DNA of 64,000 nucleotides from an uncultured Acidobacteriota bacterium (GCA_963750035.1 CAVVPE010000003.1:308600-372599), one strand, 5' to 3'; positions 47,119-58,547 are shown, counted from the first letter of the stretch. The notes: generated by a model from the sequence alone, not told the origin. Program-made: numbers and translations.

Positions 47119-47136
47119 ACTGACGGAGACCCGACC

Positions 47137-47691
47137 GTGACGATTAAGAATGACCGCTGGATCAAGCGAATGGCCCTCGAGCACCAGATGATCGAACCGT
47201 TTGTCGACAGCCAGACCCGCACCGGGGTCGTGTCGTACGGGGTCTCGTCGTACGGCTACGACATCCGCGTCGCCGACGACTTCAAGGTCTTCACCAACGT
47301 CTACAACACCGTCGTGGATCCGAAGTGCTTCGACCCGAAGTCGTTCGTCGACATCAAGGCCGACGTCTGCATCATCCCCCCGAACTCCTTTGCGCTGGCC
47401 CGGACCATCGAGTACTTCCGGATTCCGCGCGACGTCCTGACCGTCTGCCTCGGCAAGTCGACGTATGCGCGCTGCGGCATCATCGTCAACGTCACCCCGT
47501 TCGAGCCCGAGTGGGAAGGCCACGTCACCATCGAGATCTCGAACACGACGCCGCTGCCGGCGAAGATTTACGCCAACGAAGGGATCGCGCAGGTTCTGTT
47601 CTTCCAGAGCGACGAGCCGTGTGAGGTGTCTTACCGCGACAAGAAGGGCAAATATCAGGCGCAGCGCGGCGTGACGCTGCCGAAAATTTAG
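47137..47691 (+). CDS. dcd: dCTP deaminase
   Basis: Intact 184 aa. [49 protein letters not shown]. Confidence 0.93.
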   Translation: MTIKNDRWIKRMALEHQMIEPFVDSQTRTGVVSYGVSSYGYDIRVADDFKVFTNVYNTVVDPKCFDPKSFVDIKADVCIIPPNSFALARTIEYFRIPRDVLTVCLGKSTYARCGIIVNVTPFEPEWEGHVTIEISNTTPLPAKIYANEGIAQVLFFQSDEPCEVSYRDKKGKYQAQRGVTLPKI

Positions 47692-47783
47692 TGCGAAGTT
47701 CGGATTTGACCCCTAAAGCTCAGACGTAGTAAAACTTGCGGCGGCTTCGGGTAATCCGGCGCCCTTCCAGAATCCCTGGGTAC

Positions 47784-48734
47784 ATGGACAAACTCGTCGA
47801 GCGCGAAAACGCGCCTCGGAATCCACTCGCCGCCGCGCCCGCTCTCGCCGTTCAATTCTTTTTGATCCCGCTGGTTGTTGTCGGCGTGACAGTGCTCGTC
47901 TACGTGGGCTTCAGGTCCATGCTCGCGGACGAGCGCAGCCCGGCAGAGTATCTCGCCGAGGTGCGGTACGGTGGCTGGAGCCGCCAGTGGCCTGCGGCGT
48001 TCGAGCTGTCGCGCTTGATGGAAGACCCGCAGGTGCGGGCCGACCGCTCGCTGGTCCCGGCGCTCGTCAAGGCGTTCGACGAGGCCAAAGACGGCGACCC
48101 GCGGATCCGGCGTTATCTCGCCCTCGCCATCGGGCGGCTCGAACCGCCTCTCCCCAGGGAGGCCATCGACGTCCTGACCAAGGCCCTCGACGAACCAGGC
48201 ACGGCGTGGACGCCCGACATCGTCTCGCGCCTCAACGGGTGGGCCGACATCGACATCAACGAAGCCAGGATCATGACGATCTGGGCGCTGGGTTCGTCGG
48301 GCGACGCCTCCGTCGTGGCCAAGCTCGTGCCGTTGTACGAGTCGAAGGACGCGGGCATCCGGAAGATGGTCGTGTACGCGCTTGGCGCTCTGCCCGGGGA
48401 GGCGCAGCTGCCGACGCTGACGACCGCGCTCAAGGACGAAGCCGCCGACGTGCGATGGAATGCCGCTGTTGCGCTGGCACGACACGACAGCGCGGAGGGC
48501 GTCCCCGTGCTGCGCGAGATGCTCGATCGCGCGTTCGTCGAGCAGACGGTCAAGCGGGATGTGCGGCAGTACGAGGATCAGGACCCCGTGGCGGACGTCA
48601 TGATCAGCGGCCTCCGCGCCGCTGCCGCCCTCAACGACCCGACGCTCAAGGCATCGGTCGAAGGATTGAGCCAGCAGGACCGCAGCCTGCGCGTGCGGCA
48701 GGCCGCGCTCCAAGCGCTCAAGACGATGGGATAG
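47784..48734 (+). CDS. HEAT-repeat membrane-anchored protein
   Basis: N-terminal TM segment FFLIPLVVVGVTVLVYVGF. Repeats include DPRIRRYLALAIGRL, DAGIRKMVVYALGAL, DVRWNAAVALARHDSAEGVPVLREML, SLRVRQAALQAL. Confidence 0.65.
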   Translation: MDKLVERENAPRNPLAAAPALAVQFFLIPLVVVGVTVLVYVGFRSMLADERSPAEYLAEVRYGGWSRQWPAAFELSRLMEDPQVRADRSLVPALVKAFDEAKDGDPRIRRYLALAIGRLEPPLPREAIDVLTKALDEPGTAWTPDIVSRLNGWADIDINEARIMTIWALGSSGDASVVAKLVPLYESKDAGIRKMVVYALGALPGEAQLPTLTTALKDEAADVRWNAAVALARHDSAEGVPVLREMLDRAFVEQTVKRDVRQYEDQDPVADVMISGLRAAAALNDPTLKASVEGLSQQDRSLRVRQAALQALKTMG

Positions 48735-48745
48735 GAGAAAGGTAT

Positions 48746-48903
48746 CGTTCACGCTTCTCGGTTCACACTTCTCGGTTCGTGTTCAAGTTCGGGTTCGTGA
48801 CGGAGTGCGTTGCATCGGGAACGGTGAACATTGAAACTGAACCATGAATGTCGAACCGAACCTGAACACGAACGGAGCACCGAGAACCGAGAAGGGTGAA
48901 CTG
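48746..48903. repeat. large tandem-word hairpin (about 50-nt arms, 14-nt words GTTCACNCTTCTCG) upstream of the Rieske gene
   Basis: Left arm cgttcacgcttctcggttcacacttctcggttcgtgttcaagttcgggttcg. Right arm cgaaccgaacctgaacacgaacggagcaccgagaaccgagaagggtgaactg. Confidence 0.9.
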
Positions 48904-48916
48904 CAGGTGACAGAGC

Positions 48917-49752
48917 ATGGCTGACGAGAAGACGCCGGAAACCCCGGCGCCCAAGATTGCGCCTCAAACCGGCGAGGCAACGGCAGCGGCGGCAAAGACC
49001 GGCTCGCCGGCGGCGGGGCCAACGGCCAGCGCACCGGCTACCGGAGCAAACCCGGCGGCGACCCCGCATGCCGCGACGACGCCTGCCGCACGGCCCGCAC
49101 CGGCGCCCCGTGCGCCAGCCGCACCGCTTCCCGATCTCGCGGGGAAGACGACGACGCCCGCTTCAGCAGGCGGAGCGGCGGCTAAGGCGGCCACGACGGC
49201 CGCCAAGCCGGCCGCGGCCGCAGCCACGCGGGATCCAGACGATACCTCGCCGCTCCTGACGCGTCGCGCCTGGATGGGCGTCGCCTGGGGCGCGTTTTCG
49301 GCGGCTTCCGCCGCCGCGCTGGCGGCAACCGGCCGCTTCATGTTCCCGAACGTCCTGAACGAGCCGCCGCAGCAGTTCAAGGCAGGGTTACCCGTCCGAG
49401 TACGGGATGGGCGTGGACGAGCGGTGGAAGGAGAAGTTCGGCGTCTGGATCGTTCGAACGCCGAACGATGTCGTGCAGCGCTCGAACGGGTTCTTCGCGC
49501 TGCTCGTGACCTGCACCCACCTGGGCTGCACGCCCGAACTACCTGAGCGCCGAAGGGAAGTTCAAGTGCCCGTGCCACGGCAGCGGCTTCCGGGCGGAGA
49601 GCGGCATCAACTTCGAGGGTCCGGCGCCGCGGCCGCTCGAGCGCGCCCGCATCGTGCTGGCCGACGACGGCCAGCTCCTGATCGACAAGGCGCGCAAGTT
49701 CCAATACGAGCTGGGGCAGTGGGCAGACCCCGAGGCATTTCTGAAGATTTGA
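48917..49752 (+). CDS. Rieske 2Fe-2S subunit of a cytochrome bc-type complex, apparent frameshifts, start uncertain
   Basis: Tat-like LLTRRAWMGVAWGAF. CTHLGC and CPCHGS cluster-binding boxes. The first ~115 aa are Ala/Pro-rich low complexity. Confidence 0.8.
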
Positions 49753-49775
49753 GATTTGAGGATCTTGAGATCCTA
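49747..49775. repeat. ATTTGAG word repeat with a short palindrome between the Rieske and cytochrome b genes
   Basis: atttgag atttgag gatcttgagatcct. Confidence 0.6.
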
Positions 49776-49797
49776 GCAAATTTTTCACAAGAGAGCC

Positions 49798-50614
49798 ATG
49801 GCTGAGACCAAGACGATCAATCCGCAGGAGAGTGCGCCCCGTCCGGTTCTGGAACTGGCTGACCGAGACGCAGATCTGGACCTCGGTCTTCCGGCACGGG
49901 CGGCCGAACAGCGACCGCAACCGCGTGCTGGTGATGCTGTCGAACGTGTTCCTGCACCTGCACCCGGTGCGCATCCGCAAGTCGGGCGTGAAGCTTCGCT
50001 ACACCTGGTGCATGGGCGGGCTGAGCTTCTTCCTGTTCCTGTCGCTCACGTTCACCGGCCTGCTCCTGATGTTCTATTACCGGCCGACGCTCGAGTACGC
50101 CTACACCGACATCGTGGCGCTGCGCGAGCACGTCCCGCTGGGCATCATGCGCGAGATGCACCGCTGGGGCGCCCACGCGATGGTCATCACCGTGTGGCTG
50201 CACATGTTCCGGGTGTTCATGACCGGCTCCTACAAGCCGCCGCGCGAGTTCAACTGGTCGGTCGGCGTGATCATGCTGGTGCTGACGCTGCTGCTGTCCT
50301 TCACCGGCTATCTGCTGCCATGGGACCAGTTGGCTATCTGGGCCATCACGGTCGGCTCCAACATGGCGCGCGCCACGCCGTTCCTCGGGCACGAAGGCCC
50401 GGGCGCCGCGCTGCTGCGGCTCGGCGACGTGCCGCTGATTCACGCCTACGACGACGCGCGGTTTGCCCTGCTGGGCGGATCGTTCGTCGGCGAGGGCGCG
50501 CTGCTGCGATTCTACGTGCTGCACTGCGTGGGCCTGCCGCTCGGCATCGCCGTGCTGATGGCCGTCCACTTCTGGCGCGTCCGGAAGGACGGGGGGATTT
50601 CCGGGCCACTGTAA
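49798..50614 (+). CDS. cytochrome b, N-terminal (b6-like) subunit, possible frameshift near the start
   Basis: [57 protein letters not shown]. The four haem-ligand His are in two helices. Confidence 0.85.
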
Positions 50615-50702
50615 TTTGGAATTTGGAATGAGGAATGCGTAGGAATGCGCACGGTGAATTTGGTTACGAATTCCAAATTCCAAATTCCAAATTCCTAATT
50701 AC
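50611..50702. repeat. AT-rich tandem-word hairpin, GGAATTT family, between the two cytochrome b halves
   Basis: Left arm gtaatttggaatttggaatgaggaatgcgtaggaatg. Right arm cgaattccaaattccaaattccaaattcctaattac. Confidence 0.9.
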
Positions 50703-50716
50703 GAGGATCAGCTGAG

Positions 50717-51794
50717 ATGGGCGTGATCAAGGGTTTCTTCAATACGCTGGCCGACCCGCGGCTGTTTTTCCTTCTGGCCTGCGCCGCGCTGGTCCTGATG
50801 GTCTGGAAGCGCGACAAGATCGCGTCGAACACGGTCGGGTACGGGCTGCTCGGCCTCCTGGGCGTGTTCTTCCTCTTCGGCGCTTTCGATCCGAATTTCC
50901 GGCTGATCATCGCGAAGCCCGACAACGTGCCGATCGTCGGGCTGATCTTCCTGCTGATCTTCTTCACCTGGTACTCGATCCGCGAGGCGGTGCTGAACGA
51001 TCGGCGGATCGTGGCCGGTCAGGGGCCGATCGAGAAAGCCGAGTCGGATCGCGTCTGGGTGTGGCCCGATCTCGTCTATACCGAGCTCATCTCACTGATT
51101 CTGTGCTCGGTGGTGCTGATCGTCTGGTCGATCGTCCTGAAGGCGCCGCTCGAGCAGCCCGCGAACCGCGTCGGTCACCCCGAATCCGTCGAAGGCGCCG
51201 TGGTACTTCCTCGGGCTGCAGGAAATGCTGGTGTACTTCGACCCGTGGCTCGCCGGCGTCGTGCTGCCCGGCTTGATCATCGTCGGCCTGATCGCCATCC
51301 CGTACATCGATCGCAACCCGAAGGGCAACGGCTACTACACCTTCACCGAGCGCAAGGCAGAGATCACGCTCTTCCTCTTCGGCTTCGTCATCCTGTGGTC
51401 GTCGCTCATCGTCCTGGGCACGTTCCTTCGCGGGCCGAACTGGAACTTCTTCGGGCCGTTCGAGTTCTGGGATCTCCACAAGCTCGAGGCGCTGGTCAAC
51501 GTGAACCTGTCGGAGTACATCTGGATGCGGCTCTTCCAGACCGGGCTGCCCGGCAACTGGTTCGTGCGGGAGATCTTCGGCATTCTGCTCGTGCTCGCCT
51601 ACGTGTTCGTGCTGCCGGTCGTCCTCGGCCGCACGGTATTCCGCTCCTACTACGAGAAGATGGGCGGCCCGCGGTTCTACATCGGCGCGTTCCTGTTCCT
51701 GATGATGATGTCGCTGCCGATCAAGATGCTGCTCCGGTGGATTGTCAACCTGAAGTACATCGTGGCGATTCCTGAATTCTTCTTCAACATCTAA
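50717..51794 (+). CDS. cytochrome b C-terminal (subunit IV-like) subunit with extra TM helices, one apparent frameshift near 51170
   Basis: ..PSKAPWYFLGLQEMLVYFDPWLAGVVLPGLIIVGLIAIPYIDRNP in a second frame. The remainder is polytopic. Confidence 0.8.
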
Positions 51795-51797
51795 GTC

Positions 51798-54649
51798 ATG
51801 GCTGAAAAGAAGGGCGTCGGACACGCCTACAACGTCGACTTCCTGAACGTGGTCTTCGCCGCGTCCAGCATCTTCCTGTTCCTGTCCGTCATCTGGATGG
51901 TCTGGGACGACTACGATCGCGACTGGAAGAGCACGCAGCGGCAGTTCGTCGAGCTCGAGTACCAGGTGACCCAGGCGAACCTGGATCAGGCCGGGCGCGA
52001 CGTCGATCAGAACAAGCTGACCGAGCTTCAGAGCTCGCTGGCGGCGGCGCAGAAGAACGTCGAGGCGAACCAGGCGAAGATCGACGAACTGAACGGGCAG
52101 ATGGCGGAGCTCGACGCCCGTCTGGCCCGCGAGTCGCAGGACTATCAGTTCGCCAAGGCGACCTACGACCAGGATCGCTACGACTTCGAAGCGGCCCGCG
52201 CCGCGGGCGCGTCCGACGCCGAGCGCAAGGGGGAGGCGGTCAAGGTGCTGCAGCAGCGGACGAACGACCTGCAGCTGCAGCTCGAGAAGACGACCGCCGA
52301 GCGAAACGCACTGCAGCGCCAACTCGACGACATCCTCGGCGAGTCGGGCAAGATTCAGGGCCAGATCACCGAGATCCAGCAGGAGCAGGGCCGCCTGCGC
52401 ACCCGGCTGCGCGTCCTCGAGCCAAGCGTCCTCAAGCCCTACTTCCGCGATGCGCCGCTGCTCGATTTCATGGCGCCCACGTTGAAGGTGCAGCAGGTGA
52501 TCCTGCCGAACATCGTCGACGACGTGAACTTCGTCAAGGTCGCGAAGATGGACCGCTGCCAGACGTGTCACCTCGCGATCGATCGCGCCGGCTACGAGAA
52601 GTACCCGCAGCCGTTCAGGACCCATCCGAATCTTGGCGTCTACCTGGGGAGCAACTCGAAGCACCCGCTCGATCAAGTCGGGTGCACGGTCTGCCACGAG
52701 GGGATGGGGCAGTCGGTCAGCTTCCGGGACGCCTCGCACGCGCCGTCGACCCCGGAGCAGGCCCACGAGTGGGAAGAGAAATACGACTGGGAAGAGCCGC
52801 ACCTGTGGGACTACCCGATGCTTCCGCTCAACATGACGGAGGCGTCGTGCGCGAAGTGCCACAAGCAGGAAGTGTTCATCCCGAACGCCGAGAAGCTGAG
52901 CGTCGCCTACGCGACCTACGAGCGGGCCGGCTGCTACGCCTGCCACAAGACGCGCGGCTTCGAGAACCTGCGGAAGCCGGGGCCGACGCTCACGAAGATC
53001 GGGTCGAAGCTGTCGGAGGACTGGGTCAAGACGTGGATTCGCAATCCGAAGGCGGTGAAGCCGACCACGTGGATGCCCCGCGTCTGGTACAACTCGAATT
53101 CCAGCTCACCGGAGGACGCGGTCCGGAACGAAGTCGAGATCAACGCGACCGTCGCGTATCTCTTCGCCAACGACGAGGAGTTCCGGCCTGAAACCTCGAA
53201 CCCGCCGCGCGGCGACGCCAAGCGCGGGCGAGCAGATCGTCAAGTCGATCGGCTGCCTGGGGTGCCACGTCGTCGACGAAAAGACCCGCGCCGAGGCCGG
53301 GCCGCATCGGACATTCGGTCAGCCGCTGCAGAACATCGGCAACAAGACCACCTACGAGTGGATCTTCGACTGGGTGCGCGATCCGAAGCACTACAACCCC
53401 GACACGTTCATGCCCGACCTGCGCCTCACCGATGCGCAGGTGGCCGACGTCGCCACGTACCTGACGACGCTGAAGCAGGCGGGCGGCGACGCCGCCAAGG
53501 CAACGCCCGACCAGGCCGCGGTCGATCAGCTACTGCTCGACTACTTCCGTTCCGTGATGCCGTTCGAGCAGGCCCAGGCGGAAGTCGCGAAGCTCGACGC
53601 GAATGCCAAGCAGCTCGAGCTCGGGCGGCGCGCCATTGCCCGGTACGGCTGCTTCAGCTGCCACGAGATCAAGGGCTTCGAGACGACACAGCCAATCGGC
53701 ACCGAGCTGTCGGAAGCCGGCAGCAAGCTCGTCTCCCGGCTCGATTTCGCGTTCGTGCACGACATCCCGCACAGCTCGAAGATCGCGTGGTACCGGACGA
53801 AGCTGCACGATCCGCGGGTTTTCGACGAGGGACGCGTCCTGCAGCCCCTACGAAAAGCTGCGGATGCCGAATTTCGAGTTCGCCGACGACGAGATCCAGC
53901 GCCTGCTGACGGCGATCATGAGCTTCCAGCGCGAGATCCAGCCGGCGCAGGCCATGCCGGCGCGGACGGCGCGGCGCGACTTCCTGGTCCAGGGCCGCAA
54001 CCTCGTGCACCGGCGCAATTGTGTGGGCTGCCACATCATCGAAGGCAGCGGCGGCGACTATCTCAAGCTCGTCGCCGAGCCATCGCTGGGTCCGCCGCTG
54101 CTGACTCCAGAGGGCGCGCGCGTCCAGCACGACTGGCTGTACGCCTTCCTGCGAGGGCCGATCACGATCCGGCCGTGGCTCGACGTCCGGATGCCGACCT
54201 TCGGCCTCGACGACCAGAACCTGAACGGCGTGATTCAGTACTTCGGCGCGGTCTCCGAACGCCTCGACCCATTTCGCACGCCGGAGGTCGTCCCGGCGTC
54301 GCAGAACCTCGGCGTCGGCCGCGAGCTGTTCGAGTTGCTGAAGTGCCAGCAGTGCCACGTCCTCGGCGCCATCCCGAAGGATCAGCCGACCTCGAACCTT
54401 GCCCCGGATCTGCGGATGGCGTCCGACCGGTTGCAGCCTGACTGGATTGCGGACTGGATGCGTGCACCCAGCCGCATCGTCCCAGGGACGCGAATGCCGG
54501 CGTTCTGGCCGGAGCATCCCAAGTCGTTCTATCCGCAGCTGGGCGGAGACGCCGAGGCTCAAATCCGCCTCATTCGCGACTACCTGCTGACGCTGCGCGG
54601 CGGCCCAACGCCCCGCCAGCCGGCGCAGCAGCAACGGGCGGCGAACTAA
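51798..54649 (+). CDS. large multihaem c-type cytochrome (8 CXXCH) with TM anchor and long coiled-coil, apparent frameshifts near 53225 and 53845
   Basis: CQTCH, CTVCH, CAKCH, CYACH, CLGCH, CFSCH, CVGCH, CQQCH. N-terminal TM segment VVFAASSIFLFLSVIWMVW, then about 170 aa of heptad-like Q/E/L/A-rich sequence. Confidence 0.8.
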
Positions 54650-54650
54650 C

Positions 54651-54710
54651 GCAGGGCAGGTAGGGCAGGAAGGGCAGGTAGGGCCTCCCGCCTTACCTGC
54701 CCTACCCGCC
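54651..54710. repeat. tandem-word hairpin (GGGCAGGNA words) after the cytochrome c gene
   Basis: gcagggcaggtagggcaggaagggcaggtaggg ... cttacctgccctacccgcc. Confidence 0.85.
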
Positions 54711-54713
54711 CGG

Positions 54714-54719
54714 TATAAT
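54714..54719 (+). promoter_or_regulatory. TATAAT box 9 nt upstream of the 54729 ATG (near-leaderless arrangement)
   Basis: cggTATAATtcaccccgaATG. Confidence 0.35.
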
Positions 54720-54728
54720 TCACCCCGA

Positions 54729-55244
54729 ATGCTTCGGCCCCACCGCGGGCGAATGCCTCGCGTCCACCCGACCGCCTACATCGACGACAGCGCCCAGGTC
54801 ATCGGCGACGTGGAAATCGGCGAAGAGAGCAGCGTCTGGATGGCGGTCGTCATTCGCGGCGACGTGCACCGGATCCGCATCGGCAGCCGATCCAACGTCC
54901 AGGACGGCACGGTGGTGCACGTCATGAAGGACACACACGCGACCACCATCGGCAACGACGTGACGATCGGGCATGCCGCGGTCGTCCACGGCTGCACCAT
55001 CGAGGACCGGTGCCTGATCGGCATGGGGGCGATCCTGCTGAACGGCGCGGTGATCGGTTCCGGCTCGATCGTCGCCGCCGGCGCACTCGTCGTCGAGGGC
55101 ATGCAGGTGCCGCCGCGCTCGCTGGTGATGGGCAGCCCGGCAAAGGTGAAGCGCCCGTTGACCGACGCCGAAGTGGCCGAGATCCAGATGTACGCGGACC
55201 GGTACGTGACGTACCGCCTGGATTACATGGGAGCTGGAGGCTAG
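54729..55244 (+). CDS. gamma-class carbonic anhydrase family / hexapeptide-repeat protein (YrdA/PaaY-like)
   Basis: Intact 171 aa. [61 protein letters not shown]. Confidence 0.85.
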   Translation: MLRPHRGRMPRVHPTAYIDDSAQVIGDVEIGEESSVWMAVVIRGDVHRIRIGSRSNVQDGTVVHVMKDTHATTIGNDVTIGHAAVVHGCTIEDRCLIGMGAILLNGAVIGSGSIVAAGALVVEGMQVPPRSLVMGSPAKVKRPLTDAEVAEIQMYADRYVTYRLDYMGAGG

Positions 55245-55271
55245 GGCTGCGTAAGTTCGCGGCGGTCGTGG

Positions 55272-55291
55272 GGCGACCCTCTAGGGTCGCC
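55272..55291 (+). other. 8-bp GC stem-loop abutting the hisS start codon
   Basis: GGCGACCC-TCTA-GGGTCGCC, immediately followed by ATG at 55292. Confidence 0.5.
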
Positions 55292-56627
55292 ATGATCAAG
55301 TCATCCACAAAGCCGCCATCCGGAACACGCGATTTTCTTCCCGACGACGTCCGCCGGCGCGAGCACGTCATCGGGATCGTCCGCGGTGTGTACGAACGCT
55401 ATGGGTTCGAGCCGCTCGAGACGCCGGCGTTCGAGAACATCGAGACGCTGCTCGGCAAGTACGGCGAGGAAGGCAACAAGCTGATTTTCAAGATCCTGCG
55501 CCGCGGCGAGCACGAGCAGAGCGGCGAAGCGGATCTGGCGCTGCGCTACGACCTGACCGTTCCTCTCGCCCGCGTCATCGCGCAGTACCAGAACGATCTG
55601 CCGAAGTTCTTCAAGCGTTACCAGATTCAGCCCGTCTGGCGCGCCGACCGGCCGGCGCGCGGACGCTTCCGCGAGTTCTATCAGTGCGACATCGACTCGA
55701 TCGGCTCGACCGCTCCGGTCGCCGAAGTCGATCAGCTGGCGGCGGTGTCGGATGTGCTCCTGCAGCTCGGATTCGCCGATTTCGTCGTGCGCCTGAACCA
55801 CCGCGGTGTCCTGTCCGGACTGTTGAATGCAGCGGGCGTTGCCAGCGCCCACCACGCCGACGCGTTAGTGGCGTTGGACAAATTGGACAAGATTGGCCCG
55901 GAGGGAGTCGCACGGGAGTTCAGCGCGCGAGGAATTCCCCAGGCCATCGCCGAACGCTGTCTCGAACGGTTCGCAGTGCCGGCGACGGAGCTGCCGGCGG
56001 ACACCGTGCGACGTCTCGAGGAAACGCTCGGCAAGGACGATGGCGCTGTTGCAAATCTGCGCGAGATTACGTCCCTGGCGGCGGCGACATCCGCTGGAAA
56101 CAGGATCCGCATCGACCTGAACCTTGCGCGCGGGCTGTCATACTACACGGGCGCCATCATGGAGATCGTCGTTCCCGACCTCGCCGGCAGTCTCGGCGGC
56201 GGCGGCAGGTACGACAATCTCGTGGGGATGTTCCTGGGGCGCGACGTGCCGGCCTGCGGCTTCTCCCTCGGCCTCGAGCGGATCATCGTCGTGATGACCG
56301 AGCGGAGCATGTTTCCGGAGAATGTCGTGCGCGGTACGGTCGACGTGATGGTCACGCTGTGGAACGATGCGTCGCGCGCTGACGCGCTGGCGCTCGCCAG
56401 CGAACTGCGCGCAGCGCGGCCTTCGCGTCGATGTGTATCCGGAGGCCGACAAGCTCGGGAAGCAGTTCAAGTACGCGTCCAGCCGCAACGTGCCGTTCGT
56501 GGCGATCGTCGGCGACGACGAGCGGGCGCAGGGAAAAGTGTCGATCAAGGATCTCCGGAGCGGCGATCAGCAGACGGTCGATCGCCGCGAGGCGGGGCGG
56601 CACGTAGCGACAAGGCGGCGATCGTGA
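55292..56627 (+). CDS. hisS: histidyl-tRNA synthetase, one apparent frameshift near 56415
   Basis: [65 protein letters not shown]. The anticodon-binding domain is in a second frame. Confidence 0.92.
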
Positions 56628-58430
56628 CGGATCAAGCAATCGTGACGCATCAGACGACATCGAGTAGTTACCGGACGCACACCTGCGGCTCGCTTCGAGC
56701 GGAGCACGTCGGCCAGACGGTGCGCCTGGCCGGCTGGGTCAATCGCAAGCGGGATCATGGCCAGCTGCTGTTCATCGACCTGCGGGATCACTACGGCGTC
56801 GCGCAGTGCGTGTTCACACCCGACTCGAAGGCGTTTGCAGATCGCCGAGGCGGTCCGGCTCGAGAGCGTGATCGCCGTCGAAGGACGCGTCACGGCACGA
56901 ACGCCCGAGAACGTCAATCCCGCGCTGCCGACCGGCGCCGTCGAGGTCGTCGTCGATCATGTCGACGTGCTGTCGCCGGCCGAGACGCTGCCGTTCCAGG
57001 TGTCGGGCAGCCAGGAGATCCCGGAAGAGCAGCGGCTGCGCTACCGGTTCCTCGACCTCCGCCGCGAGAAGCTGCACGCGAACATCGTCCTGCGTTCGCA
57101 GGTGATCTCGAGCATCCGCCGGCGCATGAACGCGCAGGGGTTCCTCGAGTTCCAGACGCCGATCCTCACCTCGAGCTCGCCGGAAGGCGCGCGCGACTAC
57201 CTGGTGCCGAGCCGGATTCATCCCGGCAAGTTCTACGCGCTGCCGCAGGCCCCACAGCAGTTCAAGCAGCTGCTGATGGTGGCCGGCTTCGACCGTTACT
57301 TCCAGATTGCGCCCTGCTTCCGCGACGAGGACGCGCGGGCCGATCGCTCCCCGGGCGAGTTCTATCAGCTCGACGTCGAGCTGTCGTTCGTCACCCAGGA
57401 CGACGTGTTCAGCGCAATCGAGCCGGTGCTCGCCGGCGTCTTCCGCGAGTTCTCCAGCTGGAACGTCACGGAGCCGCCGTTCCCGCGCATCGCCTACGAC
57501 GATGCGATGGTGATGTACGGCACCGACAAGCCCGACCTGAGGAATCCGATTCGCGCCGCGGACGTGACCGAGATCTTCAGAGGGTCCGAGTTCGCGGTGT
57601 TCGCGCGCGCGGTGGAGGAGGGCGCCGTGGTGCGGGCGATTCCCGCGCCTGGCGCAGCCGAGAAGTCACGCAGCTTTTTCGACAAGACCGTGGGGCTCGG
57701 CGAATCGCTCGGCCTCGGCGGGCTCGCGTACATCGTCGCGGCGGATCCACCGCGCGGGCCGCTGGCAAAATATCTGAGCGAAGAGCGCAGAGCCAGGTTG
57801 TTCGAAACCGCCGGCGTGAAGCCTGGCGATGCGGTGTTTCTCGCGGCCGGTCCCGCGAAGAGCCTCGCGCGGCCGGTCGACGGCTTGAGGACGCATCTCG
57901 GCCGCGAGCTCGGGCTGCTCGAGGCGAATGCCTACAGGTTCTGCTGGATCACCGACTTTCCCTTCTTCGAGCTCGATGCCGAAACCGGCCAGGTGACCTT
58001 CAGCCACAATCCCTTCTCGATGCCTCAAGGGGGGCTGGAGGCGCTCAACACGAAGGATCCGCTCACCATCAAGGCGTTCCAGTACGACATCGTCTGCAAT
58101 GGCGTGGAGCTGTCGAGTGGCGCGATCCGGAACCATAGGCCCGACATCATGCTGCGGGCGTTCGAGATTGCCGGCTACGGCCCCGAGGAAGTCCAGCGCC
58201 GGTTCGGCGGGATGTTCAATGCGTTTCGATTCGGCGCGCCGCCGCACGGAGGCCTGGCGCCGGGCATCGATCGGATCGTCATGCTGCTGGCCCAGGAGCC
58301 GAACCTTCGGGAGGTCATCGCGTTCCCGATGACCCAGAGCGCCGAGGACCTGCTGATGAATGCGCCATCGCCGGTGTCGGAGAAGCAGCTGCGCGAACTG
58401 CACATCAGGATCGTGGAGCCCAGGAAGTGA
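56624..58430 (+). CDS. aspS: aspartyl-tRNA synthetase, one apparent frameshift near 56840
   Basis: GTGA overlap with his[53 protein letters not shown]-like [49 protein letters not shown]. Confidence 0.95.
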
Positions 58431-58431
58431 C

Positions 58432-58507
58432 GAGGCTGGGGGCTGGAGGCTAGTGACGTGGGATACGCGACGACTCCCAGGCCTCCAGTCCCCAGTCTCT
58501 AGTCCCC
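58432..58507. repeat. tandem-word hairpin (GGCTGGG/GGCTGGA words) after aspS
   Basis: gaggctgggggctggaggctagtgac ... gactcccaggcctccagtccccagtctctagtcccc. Confidence 0.85.
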
Positions 58508-58509
58508 TG

Positions 58510-58518
58510 TGCTATAAT
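58510..58518 (+). promoter_or_regulatory. TGCTATAAT extended -10 like element upstream of phoH
   Basis: ctgTGcTATAATgcg, followed by AAGGAG at 58542. Confidence 0.35.
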
Positions 58519-58547
58519 GCGCCACTAAGTCGCTGTATTATAAGGAG

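Noticed and set aside
55010-58138. 1042-aa plus-strand ORF
   Set aside because: It contains most of hisS and the first ~70 codons of aspS. It then continues out of frame through aspS as Arg/Ala/Pro-rich filler. It is split here into hisS and aspS.
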